Below the pieces are notes generated by a model that searched no databases, was not told where the DNA came from, and saw only the letters and a program-made list of their open reading frames with translations. From sequence record MN563784.1: a DNA stretch of 64,000 bases. One strand, given 5' to 3'. The position numbers were made by a program, and so were the translations under genes. Below are positions 1 through 14,076 of this stretch, piece after piece (the stretch's first letter is position 1; the number at the start of each line of letters is the position of its first letter).

Positions 1-3956
<3,956 letters not shown>

Positions 3957-3968
3957 TTATAACTCTCT

Positions 3969-4309
3969 GCAAACCCATATAGGAAGAGAAAAATGCCATT
4001 ACCTGTAATCGCCGGAGCAGTAAGTTCTGCTCTGATGACTGTTGCTGCTGATCAAGGTGTACGTGGTCTAATGCAGACTGTCCTACAAGCCACTAAAAAT
4101 GGTGTAGAGATTTTTCTTTGTCTTATATCTAAAATTCCGATCGTTCCTTTTTTTTTAACCCCCCGCAAACCCATATAGGAAGAGAAAAATGCCATTACCT
4201 GTAATCGCCGGAGCAGTAAGTTCTGCTCTGATGACTGTTGCTGCTGATCAAGGTGTACGTGGTCTAATGCAGACTGTCCTACAAGCCACTAAAAATGGTG
4301 TAGAGATTT
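3969..4309 (+). repeat. Perfect 145-bp direct repeat (3969-4113 = 4165-4309), period 196 bp; probable assembly artefact
   Basis: Identical copies seen directly; the 51-nt spacer is an error-ridden copy of 3918-3968. Confidence 0.9.
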
Positions 4310-5352
4310 CTTCTCTAACCGATCTAGCACGTCCAACTCGTGTTGAACCATTGGTCATCGTAGACCAAACCTTAGTTGATCAACCTTACATGAAAGACGT
4401 TATGAAATTTGTTTCATCGTCTTTTACTGGTTATTATCTACAAGCTGTTAATATGCTTCTAGGTGTGGATAAGATTGATACTTTAAAAGTATTCGATACT
4501 ATTAATCCTAACCGTACAGGTGTAACTCGCACTAGTGTATTCTCTGCCGAAGAGTATTCTGATGGTCTTCCTTCATTAGAGTCTTTTGAGAAGCCTGTGC
4601 ATTTACCAAATATCGTCGCTGAACACTCACATGAGCGTTGGGTAGCTTCAATGGAAGCAAATGACGAAAGTACAAGTGCACAAAGTATTTCTAGTGGCGA
4701 TACACAAAAGATTTATGAAGTTGAAAACCTTGCCGTTGGTAAGCTGGTTAACGTTGATGTTAAATCAGGAAAGCAGAAAGCTAAAATTCCTGTTATGATC
4801 CGTTTAATTCCAGCCGCTGTTAGTCCTCAGATTATTGCGCACATCTTTAGTGCTGGTGGACGAGATACTTGGCTACATCGTCTATTTCTAGTGAAAACTG
4901 GTCAAATTAAATTCTGGCGTGACTTTGTTCTAGGTCAGGATATGATCGATGAACATTATCGCATTCTAATGAATGATAAGTCAGGTGTTTATAAACAAAT
5001 CACCGATCGTCGCCGTAACAACTGGAAACAATCTGTTCGCAGTGGCACGGTTTCATTAGCAGATGCATCAAATATCGCGATTGTATCAACGTCAACTCTT
5101 AAAGCTGCTTCTAATTCTCTTTATGGTCGTATCGATGATTTCGCCACTCGGCAAAAGATCTTTGACAATAGCTATCTAATGATGCTTGTTGTTATCGATG
5201 ATCGTTATGAGCGAGTAACTATTTATCATCGTGGGGTTGATCTATCTACATCTCACCGACTTGATGAAATTAAAATGGCTGAAAAGAATAAAGGTCCGGA
5301 TATCACTGAGATCTTTAAAATGATGAATAAAACCATGTCTACCAATATTTAA
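4189..5352 (+). CDS. Internal head protein (gp89 position)
   Basis: 387 aa; SLE/SME prohead-protease-type motifs (PSLES, ASMEA); synteny. Confidence 0.75.
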   Translation: MPLPVIAGAVSSALMTVAADQGVRGLMQTVLQATKNGVEISSLTDLARPTRVEPLVIVDQTLVDQPYMKDVMKFVSSSFTGYYLQAVNMLLGVDKIDTLKVFDTINPNRTGVTRTSVFSAEEYSDGLPSLESFEKPVHLPNIVAEHSHERWVASMEANDESTSAQSISSGDTQKIYEVENLAVGKLVNVDVKSGKQKAKIPVMIRLIPAAVSPQIIAHIFSAGGRDTWLHRLFLVKTGQIKFWRDFVLGQDMIDEHYRILMNDKSGVYKQITDRRRNNWKQSVRSGTVSLADASNIAIVSTSTLKAASNSLYGRIDDFATRQKIFDNSYLMMLVVIDDRYERVTIYHRGVDLSTSHRLDEIKMAEKNKGPDITEIFKMMNKTMSTNI

Positions 5353-5359
5353 GGACTGA

Positions 5360-6292
5360 GTGATGAGAATTATTGATTATGTACGTGAACTCGCACCAGT
5401 TACTGAACGTCGTGAACTATTAAATCAAATCCGTTCATTACGTGAAGAATATGATGCAACTCTCGCACCAATTATTGACGATGTAGGTGAAGTATTTGGT
5501 AATATGCAACTTAAATCAGATTTAGGTATGCGACTATCTACTGAACTACGGCGAGCGATTAGTTTTAATACCGAACCAATTACACTAGTACTGGATACTC
5601 TTTCAAATATTCGTGGTAGCTTTGATATGATCGAAAGCGAAATCCGACGTTTATTTGCTATTCAGTTTACTAACTCTAATCTAACCTTTGACCGTGCAAA
5701 TATGCTACGTTTTGTTGATGGTCTTAGTTTCTATATTCGTTATGGCCGTAAACTACTGCTAAATCTAATTGCACAAGAAGCAATGAAATTAGGTAAGGCT
5801 ACAGAATTAAAATCATCTCGTGCTGAGAAAGAATGGCTATACACCAATATGGCACAATTCATTACTCTGTATCCAGCAATGAGTCTTAAGACTAATGAAC
5901 TGAAACAACGCTTAAGCCGTGCATCTAGTGCTGAAGTCAATGAAGGTACTTATGATGTAGCTGTGAGTGCTCTCTCTATAGCTCAACGTGATCCACTTAA
6001 CATGGATGGCTTCTCACCTCGTCAGAACCCGTTCGTGCTATTTGGCAAGTTCTTAGCTGAGTATCAGGTTGAACGTTTTAAAGAAGCTGAGCAAGAATTC
6101 CTTGCACTTCAACTACGTTTACAAGAAATGCGGGAAATGCAAAGTAATGGTAAAGTGGATGCACGCCTACAGAAGCTTATTAAAGAGTATGAAATTCGTA
6201 TCTCTGATTATAACTATCGCCTAGGTATGATCCAAGATCGCGCATCTGAGTTCTTTGCTAACCATCGTGATCTACTATCTCTTGGTCACTAA
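5360..6292 (+). CDS. Internal head protein (gp90 position)
   Basis: 310 aa, helical/coiled-coil C-terminus, RBS AAGGA; synteny. Confidence 0.72.
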   Translation: MMRIIDYVRELAPVTERRELLNQIRSLREEYDATLAPIIDDVGEVFGNMQLKSDLGMRLSTELRRAISFNTEPITLVLDTLSNIRGSFDMIESEIRRLFAIQFTNSNLTFDRANMLRFVDGLSFYIRYGRKLLLNLIAQEAMKLGKATELKSSRAEKEWLYTNMAQFITLYPAMSLKTNELKQRLSRASSAEVNEGTYDVAVSALSIAQRDPLNMDGFSPRQNPFVLFGKFLAEYQVERFKEAEQEFLALQLRLQEMREMQSNGKVDARLQKLIKEYEIRISDYNYRLGMIQDRASEFFANHRDLLSLGH

Positions 6293-6837
6293 TGGAGGGC
6301 ATTGATATGCCAGCAACTAATGCTGTACGCCCATTTGGTCGTAATTACTCAGGTGGTCAACAACAGGCCATTTCACGGTTCACTGCTCGTCCCGGTGATC
6401 CTCAAGTTGAAGAACTATATCTTATCTTTACCAACTTTCCTGCACAAACTGCATATTGGGAATTCCATAAGAAAGTTCTAGCTTGTGCTATTCGTCTTTT
6501 TAGCGGAAACTATAATTGGTTTATTCTACAGGACAATAATAGTAATATTGATAGTTATAATTATCAATTCCTATTAGATACTGTTCGATACATTGCTACG
6601 GGTCATCGACGTATTTCAATTACCCAATGGCCAATGTTACTAGCTACTGAACCAGATGCTGGTGCACAACTCATTGAACCGCGCGCTGAAATTGCTACTC
6701 TCTTTAATGAGTTAAAATTAGATCTAGATACTGTTTCAATGATCCAGAATTGGGTTAAACACAAAAACGGTATGAATGATCTAATGTATACCCTACATCT
6801 ACTATTTGGATCTGTAGAAGTAATAGATAAGGACTGA
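6292..6837 (+). CDS. Head structural protein (gp91 position)
   Basis: 181 aa, TAATG stop-start coupling; synteny. Confidence 0.65.
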   Translation: MEGIDMPATNAVRPFGRNYSGGQQQAISRFTARPGDPQVEELYLIFTNFPAQTAYWEFHKKVLACAIRLFSGNYNWFILQDNNSNIDSYNYQFLLDTVRYIATGHRRISITQWPMLLATEPDAGAQLIEPRAEIATLFNELKLDLDTVSMIQNWVKHKNGMNDLMYTLHLLFGSVEVIDKD

Positions 6838-6846
6838 GGACTATCT

Positions 6847-8169
6847 ATGACTAATAATTCACTTAGTCATTCGGTCTTACTTGAATCAATCGACGGGGAC
6901 AGCCCCGTCGATATGATCGCTACATGCGATGGATATCTAAAAGAATTATTGCCATCAATTGAAGATATTCAAAGTAGATTAGAATGCACTGAAAAAGACA
7001 TTTTAGTTAAAACCTATACCGATGGCTTATTTCAAAAATATGCAGATAACCAAGATGTTGTTAGTGAACACATTCTAAAAACTGAGAATGTGTCATTAGA
7101 AGACCTATCTAAGACAGCACGAAATACCTGGGATGAAATGAAAAAATCCCAAGCAAAGCATCGAGATGAGTTAAAAGAGTATGCACGTGTTATTACACAA
7201 GGTAATCAACGTACTCTTGAACGAATAAACATGCTTTTAGAAAGAGCTGAAAATATTAAGCATGAGCCATTTAAGCAAGAATTAAAATTTAAAAATACTA
7301 AACGATTTAGTATTGATGGTAAATTCGAACCGACTACAGTTGATCCGATACTCATGCAAGTTAACAACTTGATAGCTTTCTATGATAAATCCCTACTCTT
7401 GTATATCCAATCTGTAGCGGATATCCTTAGGAAATTATCATTTGATGAAAAATGGACTGATAGAGCTGCACAAGACTTTAGTAAGTTTAATGTTAAGAAC
7501 TGGATGAAGGGTGCAGTACCTATTAAGAAAGATGATAGATTTAGAGTAAGTTCTACAGTTTATCGTAGTATGCCAGTTCAAGGTAATAAGACTTTATTTG
7601 GCGCAGGGCCAACTGAAACACAGACTGAAGAGATCAGGGATTGGGATTTTTTAGTAAATACTGTCCGTGATTTTGCCTTTAAGTTTTATACTATTCCTAC
7701 TATGAAGGATGCACCTGAAGGTAACAATACCTTTAAGGTTAATGATACGAGTTCAATTGGAAGACGGTTAGTATTATTAAGCGAAATGGCTAAACGTATA
7801 GATGCTAGAAAAGATTATGCAACTAAACTAGATTTTGAATTTGGTAGGTTAATGCAGTTAGCCGAGACTAATCGTCAACAAGCTGGTAGGATTCGGGCAC
7901 AACAATCTAATATGCGAAATCGTCAAGCAAAAGTTCAAGATCCGGATGCACCTGATGGCATCCCTGCTATCTCAAATATCATTAATTCAATTACATTAAT
8001 GATCAATAATGTAAGTCGCGTTGTAACAGATTTTAGTAATGCTCTTGCTGGTTTAGTCAGAGTAATGGGTCGACTAGTATTCGTGACCGAGTTAGAATTA
8101 AAAGCTTACCAGCGTCCAATTCAAAGACCTACGCAAGAACAAGTAAATAATCCCTCCCAGGTAAGGTAA
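6847..8169 (+). CDS. Head protein with cleavable propeptide (gp92 position)
   Basis: 440 aa, VSLED motif; synteny. Confidence 0.68.
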   Translation: MTNNSLSHSVLLESIDGDSPVDMIATCDGYLKELLPSIEDIQSRLECTEKDILVKTYTDGLFQKYADNQDVVSEHILKTENVSLEDLSKTARNTWDEMKKSQAKHRDELKEYARVITQGNQRTLERINMLLERAENIKHEPFKQELKFKNTKRFSIDGKFEPTTVDPILMQVNNLIAFYDKSLLLYIQSVADILRKLSFDEKWTDRAAQDFSKFNVKNWMKGAVPIKKDDRFRVSSTVYRSMPVQGNKTLFGAGPTETQTEEIRDWDFLVNTVRDFAFKFYTIPTMKDAPEGNNTFKVNDTSSIGRRLVLLSEMAKRIDARKDYATKLDFEFGRLMQLAETNRQQAGRIRAQQSNMRNRQAKVQDPDAPDGIPAISNIINSITLMINNVSRVVTDFSNALAGLVRVMGRLVFVTELELKAYQRPIQRPTQEQVNNPSQVR

Positions 8170-8174
8170 TTAAC

Positions 8175-9482
8175 ATGTCTCTACTTAAAATGCTAGACAA
8201 ACTATCACTTGAATCAATTGAAGATCAAGGCACTACGATTCATGGTGATGTTGAATTAGTCGTTGAAAATGAAACTTCTGCTGATGTATCATCCGTTTTA
8301 GCAGAAGTAGATCAGATTGAGAATAATCCCGTAGAAGAAGTTCTTGATGCAGATGATGCTGTTCAACCCACTGCATTAGATACTGAAGTGACTATTGTTC
8401 AAGCTGAAGATGAATTAGGCCTAATTGAAGATGCTAAAGAAGCACTTGAAAAGTTCCAAGGTCTTTTACTTCAAGCTGGTGAAGATGGTATCTCTCGTCA
8501 AGCAGCTGCCTTCATGCATGTTGGCATGGAATCAATTGATCGTATCCTAGGTATTGAAAAATCTGGACTCACTGCCGCGCTTGAGAATTACGATGCTTCT
8601 CCACGCAGCGCTATTCAGAAAGCAGCAGTTATCTCTCTTGAGGATCTCAAAGAGAAACTAAAAGAAGCAGGTAAGAAAGCTTTAGAGATTATCAAGAAGA
8701 TTGTTGCAATGATAAAGCAGAAGATTAAAGATTTTAATCCTAAGCTGATTGCACTCGATATGCGTATTACTAAAACTATTGATGCTATTAAATCACTCAA
8801 AGCCGGTGATCTAAAGAAAGAAGAAATTAAGTTCACTCCTTCTGAGTATATGGTATCTAGTAGTGGCTTTATTGCAAATAATCCGAAGACTATTGCAGAC
8901 TTCATGACTGTATTCTCAACTCAGTATGTATCTGCTCTTAGGAAATATGGCGAACTTGGAGTACGTTATCTCAAAGGTGACAAGTCTATTGATATTGATC
9001 AAGTCACCAGTGATTTACAAGCTAAGATGGCTGAAGATATTAATAAAGCCGTTGAGAAAGCTCCTGGTAATGTTAAGTTAGAAGTTACTTCTTCTAAGTC
9101 GGGTGTGAATAAGTGGGAAGTTGTTGAGGGTGATGGGGAAACGGATCTACATGAAGTTGAAGTTGATGTCCGTGCACCGAGTAAAATCTTAGCACATCTT
9201 AATATTCTTAAAGGTCTTGTTATTAAACTACAGGACTTTAATAAGATTGATTACAAGATTGCTGAGAATCTTGAAAAGGCCCTAGCTGATTGGAATCCTG
9301 ACGAAGCAGGCATGTCAAAAGAAACAGCGCGTGATGCACTGAATATTGGTGGCATTGACAATAGTGCACTAGTTAACTATATTGCTAAATGTATCGCTGC
9401 GCAATATACATTTATTGTTAAATATGAACTAGCTGCATATGGCAAAGAAACTTCTAAAGCATCTGAGAATGATGAGAAGTAA
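8175..9482 (+). CDS. phiKZ internal head protein family paralog (gp93 position)
   Basis: LSLES/AALEN/ISLED motifs; block AGEDGISRQAAAFMH shared with the next two genes. Confidence 0.8.
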   Translation: MSLLKMLDKLSLESIEDQGTTIHGDVELVVENETSADVSSVLAEVDQIENNPVEEVLDADDAVQPTALDTEVTIVQAEDELGLIEDAKEALEKFQGLLLQAGEDGISRQAAAFMHVGMESIDRILGIEKSGLTAALENYDASPRSAIQKAAVISLEDLKEKLKEAGKKALEIIKKIVAMIKQKIKDFNPKLIALDMRITKTIDAIKSLKAGDLKKEEIKFTPSEYMVSSSGFIANNPKTIADFMTVFSTQYVSALRKYGELGVRYLKGDKSIDIDQVTSDLQAKMAEDINKAVEKAPGNVKLEVTSSKSGVNKWEVVEGDGETDLHEVEVDVRAPSKILAHLNILKGLVIKLQDFNKIDYKIAENLEKALADWNPDEAGMSKETARDALNIGGIDNSALVNYIAKCIAAQYTFIVKYELAAYGKETSKASENDEK

Positions 9483-9492
9483 CAAACATAAT

Positions 9493-9519
9493 GAGGAACC
9501 CTTCGGGGTTCCTCTTATG
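9493..9519 (+). terminator. Intrinsic terminator
   Basis: GAGGAACCC-TTCG-GGGTTCCTC then TTATG. Confidence 0.85.
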
Positions 9520-9551
9520 CTATGTAATTAAGTATTCTTGAGGAATTGTAA

Positions 9552-11069
9552 ATGAACTTAAATAAGTTACTTGATAGTTTAGAAGGTTATGGTGTTGTCG
9601 AAGTAAAAGAAAAAGTCGCGAAAGCCAAACTAAAGCACGCTGCTACAGACGACAAGCAAATATCTAAAGAACCAGAAGAAGCTGCCAAATTAATTGATGA
9701 ATTACCAAATGATGTAAAAGCAACTAATAATGGGTTAGATGTTGAAGAAGCACATAAACCTAATATCCATTGGAAATCAGATCGTGGTTTAGTTACTGAA
9801 GTTGATTCATTTGGTAAAACATACGTCGCATCAGAAGAATATCCAGCATCACCCCATGATACCCGAGAAAGTCCTGATAATAGACCTACACCAGTGGATG
9901 GTAAAGATTTAGATAGTGATGATGATCATTTAAATATCTTTGCGTATGATGCACCTCCATCTCAAAACATGACATATCAGCTAAATCAATTACTGCATGC
10001 GCGTACTAGTTTAGAATGTTTTATAGATTTATTAAATACCGCTGGTGATAGAGGTATTACTAAACAATCAGCTGCTTTTATGCACGTTACATTAGAATCA
10101 ATTGATAAGCTTATCGGCTTTGAAAAGATTAGTATTGAAGATTTTAATGCAACCCCTAGCAGCGCTATGCGTTTTGTAAATATTTCTCAAGAAGAAATAA
10201 AAGAACGTATTGAAAGTATAGGTAAAAAGATACTTGCTTTAATAGTCCATGTTATTGAACAAGCTAAAGTAGCGGCACAGCGTGTACTAACTGGAATCAA
10301 ATCAGTTGAAGATAAAACTGATGAGTTAATTGAAAAAGCGAAAAGTTTAATCAATAAGCCAACTGTATCAAATGAAAGGGTAACACCTGATTTTGATATG
10401 TCAATTAAAATTGACAATCCTAAAATGTTATTCATTGGTGATGAATTTGTTTTAGACGATTTAACTAATGAAACAAAAGTTAGTCAATTTCTAGCTAAAG
10501 AATGGCCAAATATAGCTAGATCAAACATTGATAAAGTAGTTAAATTAATTAAAGACTACGACTTAGAAGATAATGAACTAGATAAGTTTAAAGAGGCTTT
10601 TGAATTTATTGGTGAAGCTAATCAGTTAGATAAAGTAAAAGATACTTCTCTACCTGGTAATAGTAAACTTATATTCCAGAAAGATAAATATGCTCCACGA
10701 CTTGGTGAAGATAAACATGGTGATGGTCCAGATACAATCACGATCGAGCCAAGGCCGCCTGTTGAAGTGCGTAAAACATTAGAAGTTAATAAAGAAGCTA
10801 TTCGTCGTTTAGGTGATCTATTTAAAGCTGAAAAAGATGTCCTTGAACAACTGAAGAAGGTTGCACAGGGCATTGAGGACATGGAGCTACGTAGGTCTAA
10901 AGCTATTTGGAAAGGTGCTCGTGATGATGCAAAGGAGATTATATCTTTAGTTAATGGCTTTATTACCGATATGTCACCAGAATACGCAACACTAATTAGT
11001 TACCTATTACGTATTGCAAAGCAACGAAATGCTGTTTGTAATATGGAATTAGAAAGATATGGCCAATAA
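9552..11069 (+). CDS. phiKZ internal head protein family paralog (gp94 position)
   Basis: AGDRGITKQSAAFMH block; DSLEG/TSLEC motifs. Confidence 0.78.
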   Translation: MNLNKLLDSLEGYGVVEVKEKVAKAKLKHAATDDKQISKEPEEAAKLIDELPNDVKATNNGLDVEEAHKPNIHWKSDRGLVTEVDSFGKTYVASEEYPASPHDTRESPDNRPTPVDGKDLDSDDDHLNIFAYDAPPSQNMTYQLNQLLHARTSLECFIDLLNTAGDRGITKQSAAFMHVTLESIDKLIGFEKISIEDFNATPSSAMRFVNISQEEIKERIESIGKKILALIVHVIEQAKVAAQRVLTGIKSVEDKTDELIEKAKSLINKPTVSNERVTPDFDMSIKIDNPKMLFIGDEFVLDDLTNETKVSQFLAKEWPNIARSNIDKVVKLIKDYDLEDNELDKFKEAFEFIGEANQLDKVKDTSLPGNSKLIFQKDKYAPRLGEDKHGDGPDTITIEPRPPVEVRKTLEVNKEAIRRLGDLFKAEKDVLEQLKKVAQGIEDMELRRSKAIWKGARDDAKEIISLVNGFITDMSPEYATLISYLLRIAKQRNAVCNMELERYGQ

Positions 11070-11156
11070 ATATATCTAAGTGTTCATTTTTATCTAAGTA
11101 CCTAATTCTATGGTTTATTGTTAAACGCGCGCAAAGAAATTCCTTGAGGAAATAAC

Positions 11157-12800
11157 ATGACATTTAAACTCAATGAGTATCTAGATAGTCTAGAAGACTA
11201 TACTGAGGTACCTATTCCTGAAACAGCAGTTGATAAAGTAGCAGCCATGACTAGTGGCGATTGTATTTCTGAAGACGCTGTACCTGAAAATACTATTCAA
11301 GATGTGACTGACAATAATGTTGGTGTAACACCAACTGCACCAGTGGATGCAGATACCACTATTGTTAATACTCCTAATAATGGCGTTATTGTTGAGACTC
11401 CAGCTGCTACTCTAGTTGAACAACCAGCTGTACCAGTTACCGTAGTTGAAACAGATGTAGTAACAGAAGTACCCCCTATTCCTGAACAACCTAATATTGC
11501 TGTTGAAACAGTTATTCCAGCAGGTGCCGAAGGAGAGGAACCACAAGGTGGTGAAACAGTAACTCAGCAAATCGCTGATCAGGCTGCCAAAGATAGTTCT
11601 ATTCCACTAGCGCATAATGGCGTGGTGCCACAGATCGCTGTTGCAGTGGATATGGATAAACCTACTGATTTCATGGACATTGGTAATGCACAAGTAGTTA
11701 CTACAGCAGTGCAAGATATTAATCAAGGTCTAAATACCGCATATGCCCTAGAGTCGATTAAAGCTCTTGTTCGACAAGCTGGTATTAATGGTATCAGTCA
11801 AAGTACAGCTGCATTTATTCATTCTGCACTCTTACCACATCGTCATGTACTTGGTGATAATACTTTAACTAGCTCATTAGAAAACTATACGACTGGTGGT
11901 AAAAGTCATTTATATCCAGTTAAGATTTCAACTGAGGATATTAAAGAGTTAAGTCGTAAGGCGCTTGCTTATATCAAGAAAGCTATTGCTAAACTACGTG
12001 AAATTATTAGCCACGTATGGGATAGTCTTAAGAATAGTGTACCGCGTGTGAGTGTAAAAGTTGATGAACTCATTTTAGCTATCCAAAATGCTAAGTTTGA
12101 AAATATACCCAGTGAATTAACGGTTCCTGTTAAAAATGGTGGACCCGTATTTGCTAATGGTAAATTCATTCAGCCTTCAGCTAACGTTGGATATGGCCCT
12201 ATCGTTAAATGGATGGCATCTGTATATGCAAAAGACTATGCTACCTACCTAACGAATATTGGTACTGTGCTTAAAGCTTGGGATCCAGAGCGTAATGATG
12301 CTAGTGAACTAGTTGAGAAGATGGACAAACTTCAAGATGGACCTCTCAAACACTACGCTAGTACATCTAACACTTTACCGGGTAATAAGCTTGTAACTAC
12401 GACTGCTACTCAAGTATATCTAACGGATGATGAGACAGCCGCAGAACCTGGCACTGAAGTGACTTTAAAGAACTTTGATAAGAGTCAAGCTAAGAAAGAA
12501 GCGGTAGCTCTACGTAATCTGGTTGATGATGCAGCTGATGTTATCACTGGCGGTCGGAATATTGTTAAAGCCATTAAGCAACTTGAAGATGATGTTGATC
12601 AACTTTCACGGAAACTAGAGAGTGATAAAATCGACGATGTTTCTAAAGAACAGATCGAAGAAGTATCACGTAAGGTAGCATCTATTATTACAGATAGTGC
12701 ACCTAAACATGACTCCATTATTCGTGAAGCAATGCGTTACGCAAATACTGCAACTGGACTTTATAATAGTGTAATTAACACTAAATTCCAAGCAGAATAA
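11157..12800 (+). CDS. phiKZ internal head protein family paralog (gp95 position)
   Basis: AGINGISQSTAAFIH block; DSLED/SSLEN/ISTED motifs; Pro/Val/Thr/Glu-rich propeptide. Confidence 0.8.
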   Translation: MTFKLNEYLDSLEDYTEVPIPETAVDKVAAMTSGDCISEDAVPENTIQDVTDNNVGVTPTAPVDADTTIVNTPNNGVIVETPAATLVEQPAVPVTVVETDVVTEVPPIPEQPNIAVETVIPAGAEGEEPQGGETVTQQIADQAAKDSSIPLAHNGVVPQIAVAVDMDKPTDFMDIGNAQVVTTAVQDINQGLNTAYALESIKALVRQAGINGISQSTAAFIHSALLPHRHVLGDNTLTSSLENYTTGGKSHLYPVKISTEDIKELSRKALAYIKKAIAKLREIISHVWDSLKNSVPRVSVKVDELILAIQNAKFENIPSELTVPVKNGGPVFANGKFIQPSANVGYGPIVKWMASVYAKDYATYLTNIGTVLKAWDPERNDASELVEKMDKLQDGPLKHYASTSNTLPGNKLVTTTATQVYLTDDETAAEPGTEVTLKNFDKSQAKKEAVALRNLVDDAADVITGGRNIVKAIKQLEDDVDQLSRKLESDKIDDVSKEQIEEVSRKVASIITDSAPKHDSIIREAMRYANTATGLYNSVINTKFQAE

Positions 12801-12819
12801 TGATAAGTGACGACATATC

Positions 12820-12849
12820 GACGGGGCTCGGAAGAGTCCCGTCTTATGT
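12820..12849 (+). terminator. Intrinsic terminator
   Basis: GACGGGGCTC-GGAA-GAGTCCCGTC then TTATGT. Confidence 0.8.
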
Positions 12850-12861
12850 TAGGAGTTAGCA

Positions 12862-13977
12862 ATGGAATTAATTGATATTTATAAAGATACTCCAGATGAA
12901 ATGATTATTGATCTTGATGAACCTAAAAGACTTGCAGATTTATTATCAGGCGATGAAGCGTTAGCTAGGCGAGTGATGGATCTATTAGGCGGTATGGAAG
13001 ATTATAATCAGATCCAAGGGGTTATCAAAGAATTAGAGGATGTTGTATCTACTGAAGATATTAGTGATACTATTAAACATGTTATTGATCGAGTTATAAA
13101 ACTATTTGTTACCACTATTGAGAAACTGATGGATAGTGGAGTAGTGCTAGCAGCTACTGCTGAATATGTTGCAATTCGAGCAGAAAACTTACGAGTTAAC
13201 AGTCGTGCTAGAACTCGTAAAAATAAGAATCCTACATTTCTAATTACAACTCGTATTCAGAACTTAAGTGTTAGATATAAACCTATTACCAATAGTGCTA
13301 ATTTGTTATCTCACTTACGCGTATTGGAGACAGTAGTTGATGGGTATATCAATGGATTAGACAATGTGATTCTAAGGCCAGCTAATATCATACCTTCGTA
13401 TATGAATCCAAATGCTAGTCCAGATGCTTTAGCAGAACTACTATTAAATAGTGCCCCAACTAAAATAACCACACCATCTGTTTATCGCGATCAAGGTAAT
13501 CGATTTGTATCATTGCATTTGCTAGGTAATCATCAAATTGTAATTAACTATAATCCCGATAAGAATGCAAGTGCTTATGATCAGTGTAGGGATATTTCTT
13601 CACGGTTAGTTCCATCTGAAGAAACCCCTAGACCACTACCAGTCGAAATAGAATTTGAACATTTCAACCATCAAGTTACTGAAAGTATTATTGATCGAGT
13701 TGTTAAGGTAGTTGATAAGATCAATCGTGCAAATGCTGCATCAATGCGTACTCGTCGAAATGAACGGTTAAGGACTCTTAAAGGTGCATTAATCAGGTTT
13801 AGAGATGAACTAACACGTGCTCGTAATGAAGGGCGACCTGATAGAGAAATACAAGAACTTGTTTCATTGGTAGAAACATATGTTGATTGGTTGGCTATTC
13901 CTTATCACGACCTATTTAAATTAACATGTCGTAATTTGACTGCCATACTCAATGTATGCGATGAAAATCTAAAGTAA
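12862..13977 (+). CDS. Head protein (gp96 position)
   Basis: 371 aa, GGMED/VSTED motifs, RBS AGGAG. Confidence 0.68.
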   Translation: MELIDIYKDTPDEMIIDLDEPKRLADLLSGDEALARRVMDLLGGMEDYNQIQGVIKELEDVVSTEDISDTIKHVIDRVIKLFVTTIEKLMDSGVVLAATAEYVAIRAENLRVNSRARTRKNKNPTFLITTRIQNLSVRYKPITNSANLLSHLRVLETVVDGYINGLDNVILRPANIIPSYMNPNASPDALAELLLNSAPTKITTPSVYRDQGNRFVSLHLLGNHQIVINYNPDKNASAYDQCRDISSRLVPSEETPRPLPVEIEFEHFNHQVTESIIDRVVKVVDKINRANAASMRTRRNERLRTLKGALIRFRDELTRARNEGRPDREIQELVSLVETYVDWLAIPYHDLFKLTCRNLTAILNVCDENLK

Positions 13978-14076
13978 GATTCCAGCGCAATATTTTGAAT
14001 GTTAACGTTCGTCGCTTGGAGTTATGACTAAGACGAATAGCATAACTCATAAACTCTGTACAGAAGGTATATTAAC

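Noticed and set aside
3993-4178. 61-aa ORF identical to the gp89-position N-terminus
   Set aside because: Product of the probable assembly duplication; its tail is translated from corrupted sequence.
6835-6849. gp91-position TGA is in frame with the next gene (TGA GGA CTA TCT ATG), suggesting a readthrough fusion
   Set aside because: The spacer is simply the RBS (TGAGGA) at normal spacing, in-frame adjacency has a 1 in 3 chance, and there is no stimulatory structure or orphan motif.
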